DNA of 63,596 bases from Octopus bimaculoides (taxonomy: Eukaryota). This document shows, piece by piece, positions 25,418 to 37,791 of this stretch. The notes below the pieces were generated by a model. It had not been told where the DNA came from. It made no database searches and worked only from the letters and a program-made list of their open reading frames with translations. Numbering within the stretch: position 1 is the first letter of the stretch; each line of letters begins with the position of its first letter. Made by a program: the position numbers and the translations under genes. The stretch covers positions 9,526,317 to 9,589,912 of the forward strand of contig NC_068986.1 in the NCBI RefSeq assembly GCF_001194135.2. The letters are read 5' to 3'.

Positions 25418-25850
25418 GCTTTCACAATGTCGTTAGCACACCAGGCAAAATGCTCAGTGGCATTTTGTCTGCCACTACGTTCTGAGTTCAAATTCCACCA
25501 AGGTGAACTTTGCCTTTCATCCTTTCAGAGTTGATGAAATAACTAGCACTTGAACACTGGGATCAATGTATTCAACTTACCTCGTCCTCCCCCAAAACAG
25601 CTGGCCATGGGTCAAAATCTGAAATCAGTATTTCAATTGGCAAGCTGATAGAAATGCTAGCATGCCAAGCAAAATGCTCAGCGGCATTTCATTTGTCTTT
25701 ATGTTCTGAGTTGAAATTCTGCCAAGGTCAACTTTACCTTTCTTCCCTTCAGGGTCGATGAAATAAGTACCAGTTGCATACTGGAGTTGATGTAATCAAC
25801 TTACCCCTTTCCCCAAAATTGCTGGCTTTGTGCCAATATTTGAAAGCAAT
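25150..25850 (+). mobile_element. Three head-to-tail SINE family A copies
   Basis: gagtt(c/g)aaatt...tttgccttt...gggtcgat...aagtaccagtt-like core occurs three times (near 25230, 25485, 25710). Confidence 0.85.
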
Positions 25851-26294
25851 GTTACGTTCTTAAGCACCACAACTCTGTGTTGAATCCATTCCACTTATAT
25901 CCTTAATCTTCTTGGGAAAAGTATGAGCAGGATAACCTCCCATCAAACTTAAAATACAGGGTCTTTACGCTCAGCTAGAAGAATACATTCTATTATAGAG
26001 GTACCACAAAGCCATGTTAATTCATTGATAGTAATCCACCAAAGGCCAACCTACTTCTATGATATAAAACTTTCTGTTTTAAAATCATTTAAATTAAAAT
26101 TGTCCATCAAAATTTCATGCTAACATATGTTCTAAACCCCAGCTGAATAATGAGAAAGTTATTTTACTAAATATTTCCTTATCATTTTCGAAATTAATTC
26201 AAACAAAGACATTGTATTTCTACAGAAGTATAGTAAGAAAAGGGTTCCCCACTTGCTCCCCAAATTAAGTCACTGTCATTTATTACCAACTGCC

Positions 26295-26510
26295 AGTACC
26301 GCCTGACTGGCCTTCGTGCCGGTGGCACGTAAAAGCACCCACTATACTCTTGGAGTGGTTGGCATTAGGAAGGGTATCCAGCTGTAGAAACTCTGCCAGA
26401 TCAGATTGGAGCCTGGTGCAGCCATCTGGTTCACCAGTCCTCAGTCAAATCGTCCAACCCATGCTAGCATGGAAAACGGACGTTAAACAATAATGATGAT
26501 GATGATGATG
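26295..26510 (+). mobile_element. RTE 3'UTR copy
   Basis: gtgccggtggcacgtaaaagcaccc ... ggacgttaaac followed by (GAT)n. Confidence 0.85.
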
Positions 26511-27169
26511 ACAGTGAAGAGTCCTAAACTTGCTTAAAAGACTTTCTAGCAACCCTGAACCAAATCAGAATTTGGTCTGTAATAACGGGAGGAAGATCTA
26601 TAATTGTTTCCACTCCTTTTCCCAGCAGCATCACACCTAATAATTGATCTGATTACTTTTGTAGTGTTTTGTGAGAAGTAACAGCATGGTTTCAAACTGC
26701 AACTTAGTTCTTTAATATTTAAAAGCCTGGGTAGAGAGGTAAATATCCAGCAAAAGGAATCATTTCAATTCATACATATGGTGTGTTCCTGGCTAAATCT
26801 GATGATGTTTTGTGTCTCCTGCTTTTTCAGGAACAGCTTGGTGTATTGGTGATCAGTCCACAGCATTGGAGAGCATAAAGATTGAAGTTGCGACGAGAAA
26901 AACTTAGCCGACATGAATGACTGGAAACAATGTGGATATTGGAAAAGAGTAACCTGTATGACGATGGTTTGTACCGAGTGTCAAAATGCCAATATCATGA
27001 CTGCTGCTCAATTCTCTGGACACTATAAAAACGATGAGATGGACAGCTTCAATGGAGACTACAAAAACACGGTCATCAGGAAGGGACACAACAGACAATA
27101 TGACTGAGTCCACACTCCAGAATTCAGCCTCACTTCTTTGAAAAGAGCCATTGGCTTGATTCAAATGCT

Positions 27170-27515
27170 ATGTGAAGCTGCTGGAGACTGGGTTGGTAGC
27201 AGGATTCAACTCCTTGCCATCCCTCCAGAAAGAGTCAGAAGTAGTTGTCACAGAATTTCTATCACTTCACCAGCCCCCCCCCCCCTCAAATTTCTGGTCT
27301 CTTAATTTTCCTGATTGTAATATCCGGATTACTATGTGTAGGGAATGGTTGAGAAAGACAACAACTGCTGTGCCTGAAGCCCCAAGATTGCGCTGGTAGC
27401 CAAGATCAAAGTGGTGTTTGAAGATCTTCCTAGGGACACAGTGAAGAATGCATGCACCAGGTTCCAGAGTCATCATGAGGCCTGGGTGGAAGCTGAGGGT
27501 TGCCACTTTGAGGAA
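27170..27515 (+). mobile_element. IS630-Tc1-mariner transposase C-terminal relic, DD37D (maT)-like
   Basis: W*QDSTPCHPSRKSQK*LSQNFYHFTSP..NFWSLNFPDCN...YYV...LVAKIKVVFEDLPRDTVKNACTRF...VEAEG.HFE. Confidence 0.8.
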
Positions 27516-27619
27516 ACTTATCTCTCACCCATAATCTTGTTGATATTTTTTTACTTTTTAAAAATACTTTTATTTTTTAATCAAATATTGTGTTTTCTTT
27601 TCCTTTTATGCAAGCTGTC

Positions 27620-27972
27620 ATATTTAGCCCAAACACCCTGTTTAAGATGCTCTTCTACAAGAACCTGCTTGCCAACCCTTCCTATCTTTCTTTCATACTG
27701 TAACATCTCATTTCACATAAAGCTACCCCACACCCAGGTCTTGTGATATAAGCTGCATGGCAACTTCACTAGTGTTGGTACCACATAAACAGCACCTGGT
27801 ACACACTGTAAAGTGGTTGGCATTAGAAAGGGCATCCAGCCTTAAAAACCATAGAAACCATGCAGATACTGGAGCATAATACACTCCTTGCAACCATTCT
27901 GCCAAACCATCCTACCCATGCTAGCATAGAATATGGACGTTAAATAATGATGATGATGATGATGATGATGAT
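27620..27972 (+). mobile_element. Old composite retroelement (body plus RTE-type tail)
   Basis: gcatggcaacttcactagtgttggtaccac ... gtacacactgtaaagtggttggc followed by (GAT)n. Confidence 0.6.
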
Positions 27973-28619
27973 ATACCACAAATAACATTTTTGCTGTTAT
28001 TTGCAGTTATATGAAGTCACTGTTTACTTCTTTACAGACCCCAAAAGTTCATACTTAGAGTTTAAACAAAAAAAAAACATTTTGAAATTCCCATCAAAGA
28101 GAGATCAATTTTTCTATATATATATTGATTATATATATTGATATATTGATTTTGGTTTGATGGTAAGAGGAGACATTGTCTGCTGGTTTGATTTGGTGAG
28201 AACTGATTTCTCTTTCGGCTGACTCTATATATCATGTCTCCTCTCACCATGACGTCTAGAGTCACTGCTACACTTCATTGAACAAAAGAACCCGTCATTA
28301 CAATTAATTTTCAATATGAAACGTTACAAATATGAAAGAATTAATATGTATCTTTGCACCCTGCTACCATTTCTGGTAATACCCAGTACAATGTGACCAG
28401 TGAGTAGATGTTCTTTTTTAAGACATTGGTGGCATTGGCCAATGTAGTAGCAGCAGCAGTAGTAGTGTGGGGACAGGCACTGTAACAGAGCATCGTTGCA
28501 TCTACCAATTGTTGGTGATTCCTTACTACTCCTAGTAGGTGACATCTTTGCACTACTCAGGCAACAACACTCCAAACCCATGGTCTGTTTGGGTAGTCGT
28601 TGCTGGTGAGAGTTTTTAT

Positions 28620-28845
28620 GAGGCCGTGTGCAAATCCTACCTCAGCCTCTTTTAGTTTGTTTTTTTTTTTAAATGATATGCAGAACAAATGTGGGGTGGA
28701 TTCTTTTACATGCCGGTCCTCACACTGCACTGGAGGAAAATGAAATGTAGTGCTTTGCTCAAGAACACATGCTGCCCAGTCCAGAAATGAACCCATGATC
28801 TGCCAGTCGTAAATGCGAAACCTTAACCACTGGGTCACGCACCTT
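28620..28845 (-). mobile_element. tRNA-derived SINE family C fragment
   Basis: Minus strand head gtgacccagtggttaaggtttcgcatttacgactggcagatcatgggttc. Confidence 0.55.
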
Positions 28846-28959
28846 CAAAGTGAATATATAAATTTGCCTAAATGACTTACCCTTTTTAAAATCCTAAAAT
28901 GAAATAAAGTACCCTTCAAAAGTACCCTTCAATTGTCGAACAATATGTTACGTTTGAGA

Positions 28960-29345
28960 AGACCCGTTGAGTCAAGTGAAATCATTGTTGTGGCTGATGC
29001 CTGTGTCGCCTGACTGGCACCTGTGCTGGTGGTACGTAAAAGGCACCATTTGAGCGTAGTCAATGCCAGTGCCACCTGACTGGCTCCCATGCCAGTGGCA
29101 CTTAAAAAGCACCATTCGAGCATTCATTATCAGTGTTACCTGACTGGCCCCCGTACCGGTGGCACGTAAAAAGCACCCAGTACACTCTCAGAGTGGTTGG
29201 CATTAGGAAGGGCATCCAGCTGTAGAAATCTTGCCAGAACAGATTGGAGCCTGGTGCAGCCTACCGGCTTGCCAGTCCTCAGTCAAACTGTCCAACCCAT
29301 GCCAGCATGGAAAATGGAAGTTAAAAGATGATGATGATGATGATG
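28960..29345 (+). mobile_element. RTE 3'UTR with about three 65-bp internal repeats
   Basis: Repeated gtggcac/taaaaagcaccatt units, then the conserved tail and (GAT)n. Confidence 0.85.
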
Positions 29346-29457
29346 AAATAAAATAAATTATTATATATCATTTCTGCATGTCAGTTATATAGTTATAATA
29401 TTGCGTACATTGGTTTACTTCCAAAATGCAATAACATTAAAAACATCTTGTATGCAG

Positions 29458-29639
29458 CGTGCACTTTGGTGCAGCAATATCACCTTGCAGAAGTGCACGG
29501 CTGCAATCAGAAAGCAGTCAAGCTTATTCAACAGCAAGCATGTTATAATAAAAGCAGGCATGACAAAGAACAGAGCAGAAGATGCTGTAAAGAATTGGAA
29601 CAGTGTCATATGGAGATACATAATTCTGTGGGATGTGGG
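29458..29639 (+). CDS. Weak candidate exon RALWCSNIT...RYIILWDV(G)
   Basis: Stop-poor region with good donor GG|gtaaag; its phase 2 end fits 37792. The acceptor is weak. Confidence 0.15.
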
Positions 29640-30041
29640 GTAAAGTGATACCTCAGTGACAAAAAAATGGTAACAAGGAAGTTGTTTAGCTACAGTTAGA
29701 ATTCGGTGAAAGCACAAGGTCACAAAACAGAACAGAACAATAACAATATGCAACACACACACACACACACACACGTGTTGTGTGCACATGCATTTGCAAG
29801 AAAAGCAAGGAAAAGATAAAGTCAGCAACATTGTTATGCTACACTTAAAAGTAGAAGACAATCCATACTGACCAACTGACCACAATTCTGACAAAAGAAT
29901 ATGCTTCAACTTCTCAAAATAGAGAAAATTTTGGAAGAATTTACTAAACTATTTTCAGTTTTTATTTTCTTTTAAATCTTTATAACTTATCAAAAGGTCC
30001 CTGCATGAAATGACACTGGAATTTTTGTCAGTGAAAAGGGT

Positions 30042-30197
30042 GCAGGCATTGGTGTGTGGTCAAGAAGCATGCTTCCCAACCATGTTGTCTTGAGTTCAGT
30101 CCCACTATACAGCGTCTTAGGCAAATATCTTCTTCTATAGCCTTGGGCCAACCACAGCCTTGTGAGTGGATTTGGAAGATGGAAACTGAAAGAATTC

Positions 30198-30244
<47 letters not shown>
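30042..30244 (+). mobile_element. SINE family B 5' half running into (GT)n and a gap
   Basis: gtgcaggcattggtgtgtggtcaagaagcatgcttcccaacc ... ggaaactgaaagaa. Confidence 0.85.
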
Positions 30245-31351
30245 NNNNNNNNNNNNNNNNNNNNNNNNNNNNNNNNNNNNNNNNNNNNNNNNNNNNNNNN
30301 NNNNNNNNNNNNNNNNNNNNNNNNNNNNNNNNNNNNNNNNNNNNNNNNNNNNNNNNNNNNNNNNNNNNNNNNNNNNNNNNNNNNNNNNNNNNNNNNNNNN
30401 NNNNNNNNNNNNNNNNNNNNNNNNNNNNNNNNNNNNNNNNNNNNNNNNNNNNNNNNNNNNNNNNNNNNNNNNNNNNNNNNNNNNNNNNNNNNNNNNNNNN
30501 NNNNNNNNNNNNNNNNNNNNNNNNNNNNNNNNNNNNNNNNNNNNNNNNNNNNNNNNNNNNNNNNNNNNNNNNNNNNNNNNNNNNNNNNNNNNNNNNNNNN
30601 NNNNNNNNNNNNNNNNNNNNNNNNNNNNNNNNNNNNNNNNNNNNNNNNNNNNNNNNNNNNNNNNNNNNNNNNNNNNNNNNNNNNNNNNNNNNNNNNNNNN
30701 NNNNNNNNNNNNNNNNNNNNNNNNNNNNNNNNNNNNNNNNNNNNNNNNNNNNNNNNNNNNNNTGGTGGTGGTGGTGGTGGTGGCAATGATGATAACGATG
30801 GTAGTGGTAATGCTAATGCTAATGATGACAACAATGCTGCTGCTAATGATGATGAGAATAACTTTCTAGTTAGTTGATATGTTGATTGAAGATCAGATAT
30901 TTAATACAAGAGCAAAGTTGTGAGTCTGGAAGTGATTTCAAGAATAAATTCATTATGTTTATTAGAAGAGAAAACACGATTTGTTTTGACTTTGTGATGT
31001 TTGAGGCAGCAGTTATTGTTGAACAAACGAAAAAGATTTTTATCAAGTCAATAAGATAATCTGGGGTGTCACAGTGTTGTTGCTTGAACTTTTAGAAATA
31101 GAAACCAAACCTCTTTCATATTTCATCATATCATTTGGAAACTGGGATGACCTACTTCTAAATTTAAAATGCCAGAAAGCAAGACAAGGTAGTCATGGCT
31201 GAAACACCAGTCAATCAATGAACAGTCAACATTCAGAAGAAACAACACACAGAGCAAAAGGTGCTTCAGCTGTAGTAAAGTTATTGATGGATATCGTTAG
31301 AATAAGGTTTATAGATCAAAGTACTAAAAATAGATTATGTACAGATATAGG

Positions 31352-31592
31352 CGCAGGAGTGGCTGTGTCGTACGTAGCCTGCTTACCAACCACATGTGTT
31401 TCGAGTGTCTGTGTTCATCCCCACCGCCATCACTTGACAACCGATGCTGGTGTGTTTACGTCTACCGTAACTTAGCAGTTGAGCAAAAGATATCGATAGA
31501 GTAAGTACTAGGTTTACAAAGAATAAGTCCTGGGGTCAATTTGTTCGACTAAAGGCAGTACTCCAGCATAGCCACAGTCAAATGACTGAAAC
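31352..31592 (+). mobile_element. SINE family B with internal deletion
   Basis: Head gcaggagtggctgtgt joined directly to tail cttgacaaccgatgctggtgtg ... gtcaaatgactgaaac. Confidence 0.8.
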
Positions 31593-31604
31593 CAATTATA
31601 TATA

Positions 31605-31952
31605 TATAAATGATGCACCATTTTGAGCGTGGCCGTTGCCAGTACCGCCTGACTGGCTCCTGTAGGATTTTCGAGCGAGATCGTTGCCAGTGCCCCTGGA
31701 CTGGCTTGTGCGGGTGGCACATAAAAGACACCATTTCGAGCGTGGCCGTTTTCGTGCGGGTGACACGTAAAAGCACCCACTACACTCTCTGAGTGGTTGG
31801 CGTTAGGAAGGGCATCCAGCTGTAGAAACTCTGCCAAATCAGACTGGAGCCTGGTGTTGCCATCCGGTTTCACCAGTCCTCAGTCAAATCGTCCAACCCA
31901 TGCTAGCATGGAAAGCGGACGTTAAACGATGATGATGATGATGATGATGATG
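31605..31952 (+). mobile_element. Young RTE 3'UTR copy
   Basis: CpG-rich; nearly identical to the reverse complement of 19146-19390. Confidence 0.9.
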
Positions 31953-33074
31953 ATATATATATATATATATATATATGGTCGCAGTCAAGTGACTGAAACC
32001 AATAAAAAAAGGTATGTATATATAAAAAAAGATATGTATATATATTTTTATGGCCGCAGTCAAATGACTGAAACAAGTAAAAGAATAAAAGAAAAGATAA
32101 TGTTGAAAATTAAATTATTTTCACAAATAAAATTGCAAATATGGCAGCCATTGTGTGATGCAAATATTCCTTTGCAGTTTTAAACAATGATATTTTTTGT
32201 ACATTTTTACCTGTTGCTCATACTTTACTAATATATTATGTGGTGTATATCAATATTATATAAATTTTATGTATGTATATATGTAGTGGGCATTTGGTGA
32301 AGGCCATAATTGCTTTCACGAGGTCATGCAATGCAGCGAAATGATGTGTGATGTAAAGGATATAGAGCATGTAGAATCACATTGGTAGGACCAATTGTAG
32401 TGGGTGGAATGACATGCCATATCAGGTCGATATGATGTAGCCCTCTACCAAATGTAGCATATAGATGTAACGCTTGAAGGTTCTCACATCGGAGTAATCA
32501 GTGAAGAATGTCAAAGAATCAACACCAATAAGGAAGAAATATTATTTACCTATGTTTATTCGTTTGCCTGACAGGTAGTTAGAGAGACAGTAGTAATTGT
32601 AGTGATAGTGACAAAAAGGTTGGCTCGCTGGTTAGTAGTTGGTAGTGTGTAGAAGTTGCTGTCTGTCAGCAGAGAGTGAAAGAGTAAGGAATGCACAGTG
32701 CTGACTAGAAAGGAAGAAAGGATATAGGTGGTTTTGTCTTTCTTGTGGCGGAAAGCTTCTTTTCGTATGTTGAGCGAAAGGCGAAAGGAAGTGCTGCTCT
32801 TGATCGTGGCTGATACAAAAGAGGGTGCTGCTCCTAGGTCTGGCTGACACAAAAGCGGAAGAGATAGGAAATGCTCTCTGTTATATTGACTATGGTCAGT
32901 AATGTAGGTCAAACCCTAAACAAAGGACTGAACTTTCCTTGACCAGCACAGGTCCTTGTGCGGTCAAGTGTTTCTTCATCGATCATCTGGTGTGGAGAGG
33001 ATTTCCCGCTTATTTTGACAAGCAACAAGCAGGTAGATTTAGTTTCAAATCTCAGGCAGGGCTAAGCGAGGTCC

Positions 33075-33470
33075 CTACATATGTGCTGGTGGCACGTAAA
33101 AAACACCATCCAAATGTGGTCGATGCCAGGTCTGCCTGACTGGCTCCTGTGCCAGTGGCACGTAAAAAAACACCATCTGAACGTGGCCAATGCCAGTACC
33201 CACTGACTAGCTCCCATGCCAGTGACACATAAAATGCACTATCTGAACATGATCGATGCCAGATCCGGCTAACTGACTCCTGTGCTGGCAGCACATAAAA
33301 ATAACCCACTATACTCTCGGAGTGGTTGGCGTTAGGAAGAGCATCCAGCTGTAGAAACATTGCCAGATTGGCTTGGAGCCTGGTGCAGCCTTCTGGCCTG
33401 TCAGTCCTCAATCAAACCATCCAACCCATGCCAGCATGGAAAGCTGATGTTAAACGATGATGATGATGAT
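33075..33470 (+). mobile_element. RTE 3'UTR with three to four 65-bp units
   Basis: Tandem gtggcacgtaaaaaacaccat units, then the conserved tail. Confidence 0.85.
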
Positions 33471-33875
33471 ATATATACATACATCATCTCAATTCGTTTA
33501 GGTAATGTTAGGGGTATACAAATAAAGCTCCTATTTCATTATGCCAGCTACCATTTAATAATACTGACGAACGAGTCAGATTGTCAGGGTTGCATCATGG
33601 TTATACGGTATAATGTGTGATAAATATAATAACAATAATACCAGGATGGAAGTTATAAATATCTAAGACATCCCTGTGCACGTCTCCACAGATCAGATGA
33701 TTTTGACATCAGAGTCCATATCCTTGGGATGAGTACAGTATAGACCGTATCATCTGTGGGCATCTGGTTGATCATCATCATTGATTCATTTCATCAACTG
33801 ATGCTGCATTATTGGATGAACCACAGAGGAATGTTTATTCCTTCTTGCCAGTATGAAGGCCAATCTAGCTATCAT

Positions 33876-34687
33876 GGATCTTGTTCAAAACGGGGGCACC
33901 AGTATTTTCTTAACGAAACACTAACGAAACACTTTGAAACTTGGGACACTGGTAGAATGTGTCATATAAAACATCTTTTACTCTTAGTCTTCTTAACTAA
34001 AAAACCTACATCGCAAGTTATTTCATGTTAAAGTTGTCGTATTTCTGTAATTTCAACCAATCACTGACGTCTATTCAGCTGAATAGAGTTACTGCTGGCC
34101 TGTCATAAAAATGTTATTCCCTGTGACATATTTCATCCGGTTTAATCGTAATTTATACACATATATTGTTTATATAATAAATTACGTTGTNNNNNNNNNN
34201 NNNNNNNNNNNNNNNNNNNNNNNNNNNNNNNNNNNNNNNNNNNNNNNNNNNNNNNNNNNNNNNNNNNNNNNNNNNNNNNNNNNNNNNNNNNNNNNNNNNN
34301 NNNNNNNNNNNNNNNNNNNNNNNNNNNNNNNNNNNNNNNNNNNNNNNNNNNNNNNNNNNNNNNNNNNNNNNNNNNNNNNNNNNNNNNNNNNNNNNNNNNN
34401 NNNNNNNNNNNNNNNNNNNNNNNNNNNNNNNNNNNNNNNNNNNNNNNNNNNNNNNNNNNNNNNNNNNNNNNNNNNNNNNNNNNNNNNNNNAACTGAATAG
34501 ACGTGAGTGATTAGTAGAAATTATCGAAATAAGACAATTTTTTACATGAAATAAATTCGAATACAAAAATTTTTTTCTGTTCTATAACACAAAATAGATA
34601 AGTATACGAAGTTTGAAAGTCTTTCCGTACCAAAAACACTACATAAAAAATAAATGAAAACTGGTGCCCCCGTTTTGAACAAGATCC
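33876..34687. mobile_element. Non-autonomous DNA transposon, Merlin-like (GG-terminal TIRs, 8-bp TSD)
   Basis: Perfect 28-bp TIR GGATCTTGTTCAAAACGGGGGCACCAGT at 33876-33903 and 34660-34687; TSD GCTATCAT on both sides; internal imperfect inverted repeats around a 300-N gap. Confidence 0.85.
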
Positions 34688-34744
34688 GCTATCATTCATA
34701 TATGTATATATATATATATATATATAATGTATGGGCATATGAAG

Positions 34745-35450
34745 CATCAAATGTGGTGTGCAAGAGGGGTGAATGTGCTGGTATGGCCATGTGTTACATA
34801 TGAATGAAGACAGCTGTGTGAGGAAATGCCACTCCCTAACTGTAGAAGGAACCTGTGGAAGAGGTAGACCCAGGAAGACATGGGACAGGGTGGTGAAGCA
34901 TGACCTTCAAACATTGGGCCTCACGGAGGCAATGACAGGAGACTGAGACCTTTGGAGATGTGCTGTGATTGAGAAGACTTGGCAACTAAAGTGAGATTGC
35001 AGCCATGCATGTCCAGCCCTGTTAAGTATATCCCTGATGCATCAGACGCTATGATATGCTTGAGAAGACCTGCTGAGTCAAGTAAAACTAATATCGTATC
35101 TGGGACCAGTGCCTGCTGACTGGCTCCCATGCTAGTGGCTCGTAAAAAGCACCAACCGAATGTGGTCAATGCCAGAACTCCCTGACTGGCCCCCATGCCA
35201 GTGGCACATAAAAAGCACCATCCGAATGTGATCGATGCTAATACCCACTGACTGGTTCCTGTGCCAGTGACACGTAAAAAGCACCCACTACTCTTGGAGT
35301 GGTTGGCATTAGGAAGGGCATCCAGCTGTAGAAACATTGCCAGATCATATTGGAGCCTGATGCAGCCATTGGCTCGCCAGACCACAGTCAAATCGTCCAA
35401 CCCATGCCAGCATGGAAAATGGACATTAAACGATGATGATGATGATGATG
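34745..35450 (+). mobile_element. RTE LINE 3' end: ORF terminus, UTR with 65-bp repeats, (GAT)n tail
   Basis: IKCGVQE..CWYGHVLHMNEDSCVRKC....VEGTCGRGRPRKTWDRVVKHDL..LGLTEAMT.D.DLWR.AV.EKT. Confidence 0.9.
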
Positions 35451-35490
35451 TGTATGTGTGTATATATATATATATATATTATATATATAT

Positions 35491-35544
<54 letters not shown>

Positions 35545-35559
35545 GTATATAAACATCCT

Positions 35560-36130
35560 TCCTAAGGCCAACCACTTGATAGAGTGGACTGGATGCTTTT
35601 GACATGATACCAACATCAGCAGGATCACCAAGTGAATTGCAAGACAAAAACCGCTGGACTGGGAGGGGCTTTGTGCCAGTTGATGGGAGGTTAAAGTATA
35701 ATAGAGGGACAGAGATAAGGGTATTGCTACAGAGGAGATACATGGCTGCCCCAGTTGGAGACGAAAGGAGGCAGAGTTAGAGAGAAAGAGAGAGATAGTA
35801 GTGGTGGTAATGTGTGTGGGGGCATAACTTCAAGATACAGTGGGGTGTGAATATAAGTAGAGTGTTGTAGAGGATTGGACACAGTGAATGGGAAGGGGTA
35901 GACAGACAGGGGGGGGGGGGGAAGTTCCCCAAGAGTGTGTGGAGAGAAGGTTAGTGATGAGGTAGAGGTGACTGTAACAAGCAATGGTGTGAGATATAGG
36001 AATGGCTCAGCAGGGGCTATGGTAGATATGTGAGGGTGCTGACAGTGATGACAGATAAGAGAGGTGTTGGAAATGAAGTATAACAGAGAGGGGGGAGGGG
36101 GAGAGAGAGAGAGAACAAAAACATAAGCAA
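35560..36130 (-). mobile_element. Old composite retroelement (body plus RTE-type tail)
   Basis: Minus strand: catgtatctcctctgtagcaataccc ... cacttggtgatcctgctgatgttgg ... aagtggttggccttaggaagg. Confidence 0.55.
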
Positions 36131-36524
36131 TTGGTTGTAAAGAAATCTGAAATCCATGTATAAACTGATCCCTGAACTTGACAAACAATGAAAAACTTCA
36201 CATTTATACTATTGACTTTCCAGCAATGAGAATTAGGTTATTCTCCCAATATGAAAGCTTTGGGTCGATGAGTTTTTAACTTTTATATTGATTTTTTTTA
36301 AGGCATAAAACCCTAAGAAGGTTGCTGAAAGTAAAAACATCACTGAAAGTGGAGTTTTAAATCCACATGGAGAATATTTTTTAGTGTCAGGTCTGTTTGT
36401 TTGTGAGCTAAATCATTTATTACTGCCACAAGTTATATTTTCAAAGCTCATTAGAAAATAGAATGCCTGGCCCTAGGAAATACCATTTCAAGTGGACAAC
36501 TTAAAGATTTAAAACCAAATTCAG

Positions 36525-36715
36525 TTTCACCATTTAGCATTCAGTTTACTCTGTCAAATGTGATACTTGTTTATTCAAATTTTTGAAAACTAATCGTGAA
36601 TTAGAGTACAACTTGAGATTTTGATGATATGACTGCCAAAATCTGGCCAGTTTGAATGTAAAACTAGTAGAATATTTGGGCCAGACATGAATGGTTTAAA
36701 TACTAAATGGTGAAT
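36525..36715. mobile_element. Decayed piggyBac-like MITE, family 1
   Basis: ccatttagcatt ... aatactaaatgg ends; internal similarity to 22526-22754. Confidence 0.55.
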
Positions 36716-36811
36716 GTAGTTCTCTAACTTGGTGACTTCTGTCTGTGATCTCACATTTATATGGAATCACAAATAATTTTTTTTCTTTTTCCAATCATTC
36801 AAATATTTTAT

Positions 36812-37015
36812 ATATGTATGTGTGTGTGTGCATGTGTATGTGTGCATGTGTATGTGTGCATGTGTGTGTGTGCATGTGTATGTGTGCATGTGTATGTGTG
36901 CATGTGTGCATGTGTGCATGTGTATGTGTGCATGTGTATGTGTGCATGTGTGTGTGTGCATGTGTATGTGTGCATGTGTATGTGTGCATGTGTATGTGTG
37001 CATGTGTGTGTGTCA
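36812..37015. repeat. Compound (GTGTATGTGTGCAT)n minisatellite
   Basis: Direct reading; explains the MCV/HTH low-complexity ORFs. Confidence 0.9.
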
Positions 37016-37494
37016 TATGTTAAGAGAGTAATAGTAAAAAAAAAATATACCGTGTCCTAGTCATCTTCAAACCCAATACTTTAGCCATAACACTCACTTG
37101 TCATCATAAAAGACCATGTGAGAAGTTTTATTATTCTCTCTTCTTTAAAATTATTGCAGTTTTGTGTCTGAAAATGATTCTGAGTTTTGCTTTTATATTT
37201 TGTTTGCAATTTCTTTTTTCATTTTGTCAAATTATGGTATCTGGTAACACAGATTCTTTTCAGTTAGAAATTTCTGTGAAAGTAGCTAGTTTATCGATAC
37301 TCGGTGACAAGAAACAAGAACATATTATATAACCAATGTAGGAATAAAAGACAAAAAAAAATATTAAATAAATATTTTCATACATGAAGGAATTGGTAAA
37401 AAAATCTGTCATTGATTATTATATAGCATCTATAACTCTTCTGCTTCGAATACAGACATTAACCAGATCAGAAATATAAGTCACAAACAAAAAT

Positions 37495-37608
37495 GATAAG
37501 CAATATTTATGATTGATAAGCAATCTTTATGATTGATAAGCAATCTTTATGACTGATAAGCAATCTTTATGACTAATAAGTAATGTTTATTGATTGATAA
37601 GCAATATT
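37495..37608. repeat. 20-bp tandem repeat, about 5.5 copies
   Basis: gataagcaatctttatgatt. Confidence 0.9.
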
Positions 37609-37791
37609 GATACATGACATAACTTTTCAGCCATTTCACTGACTAAAAAAGAAACCCTTTTTTTGCAAGTAAACTTTGGTGAGTAAACTATGAATAGCAA
37701 ATCACTTTACCTGATGCATTTTCTTGCTTTGAAATTAAAGCCTTTGGTAGCTGCAGATGATGATTGTACCAACTAATTTCATCTTCTTTAG

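Noticed and set aside
26831-27150. Good acceptor at 26830 followed by complex sequence and 64-86 aa ORFs
   Set aside because: All three frames after the acceptor hit stops, there is no strong donor, and no family was recognised.
36745-37060. Cys/His/Val-rich ORFs here and at other (GT)n/(AT)n/(GAT)n tracts
   Set aside because: Translations of microsatellites.
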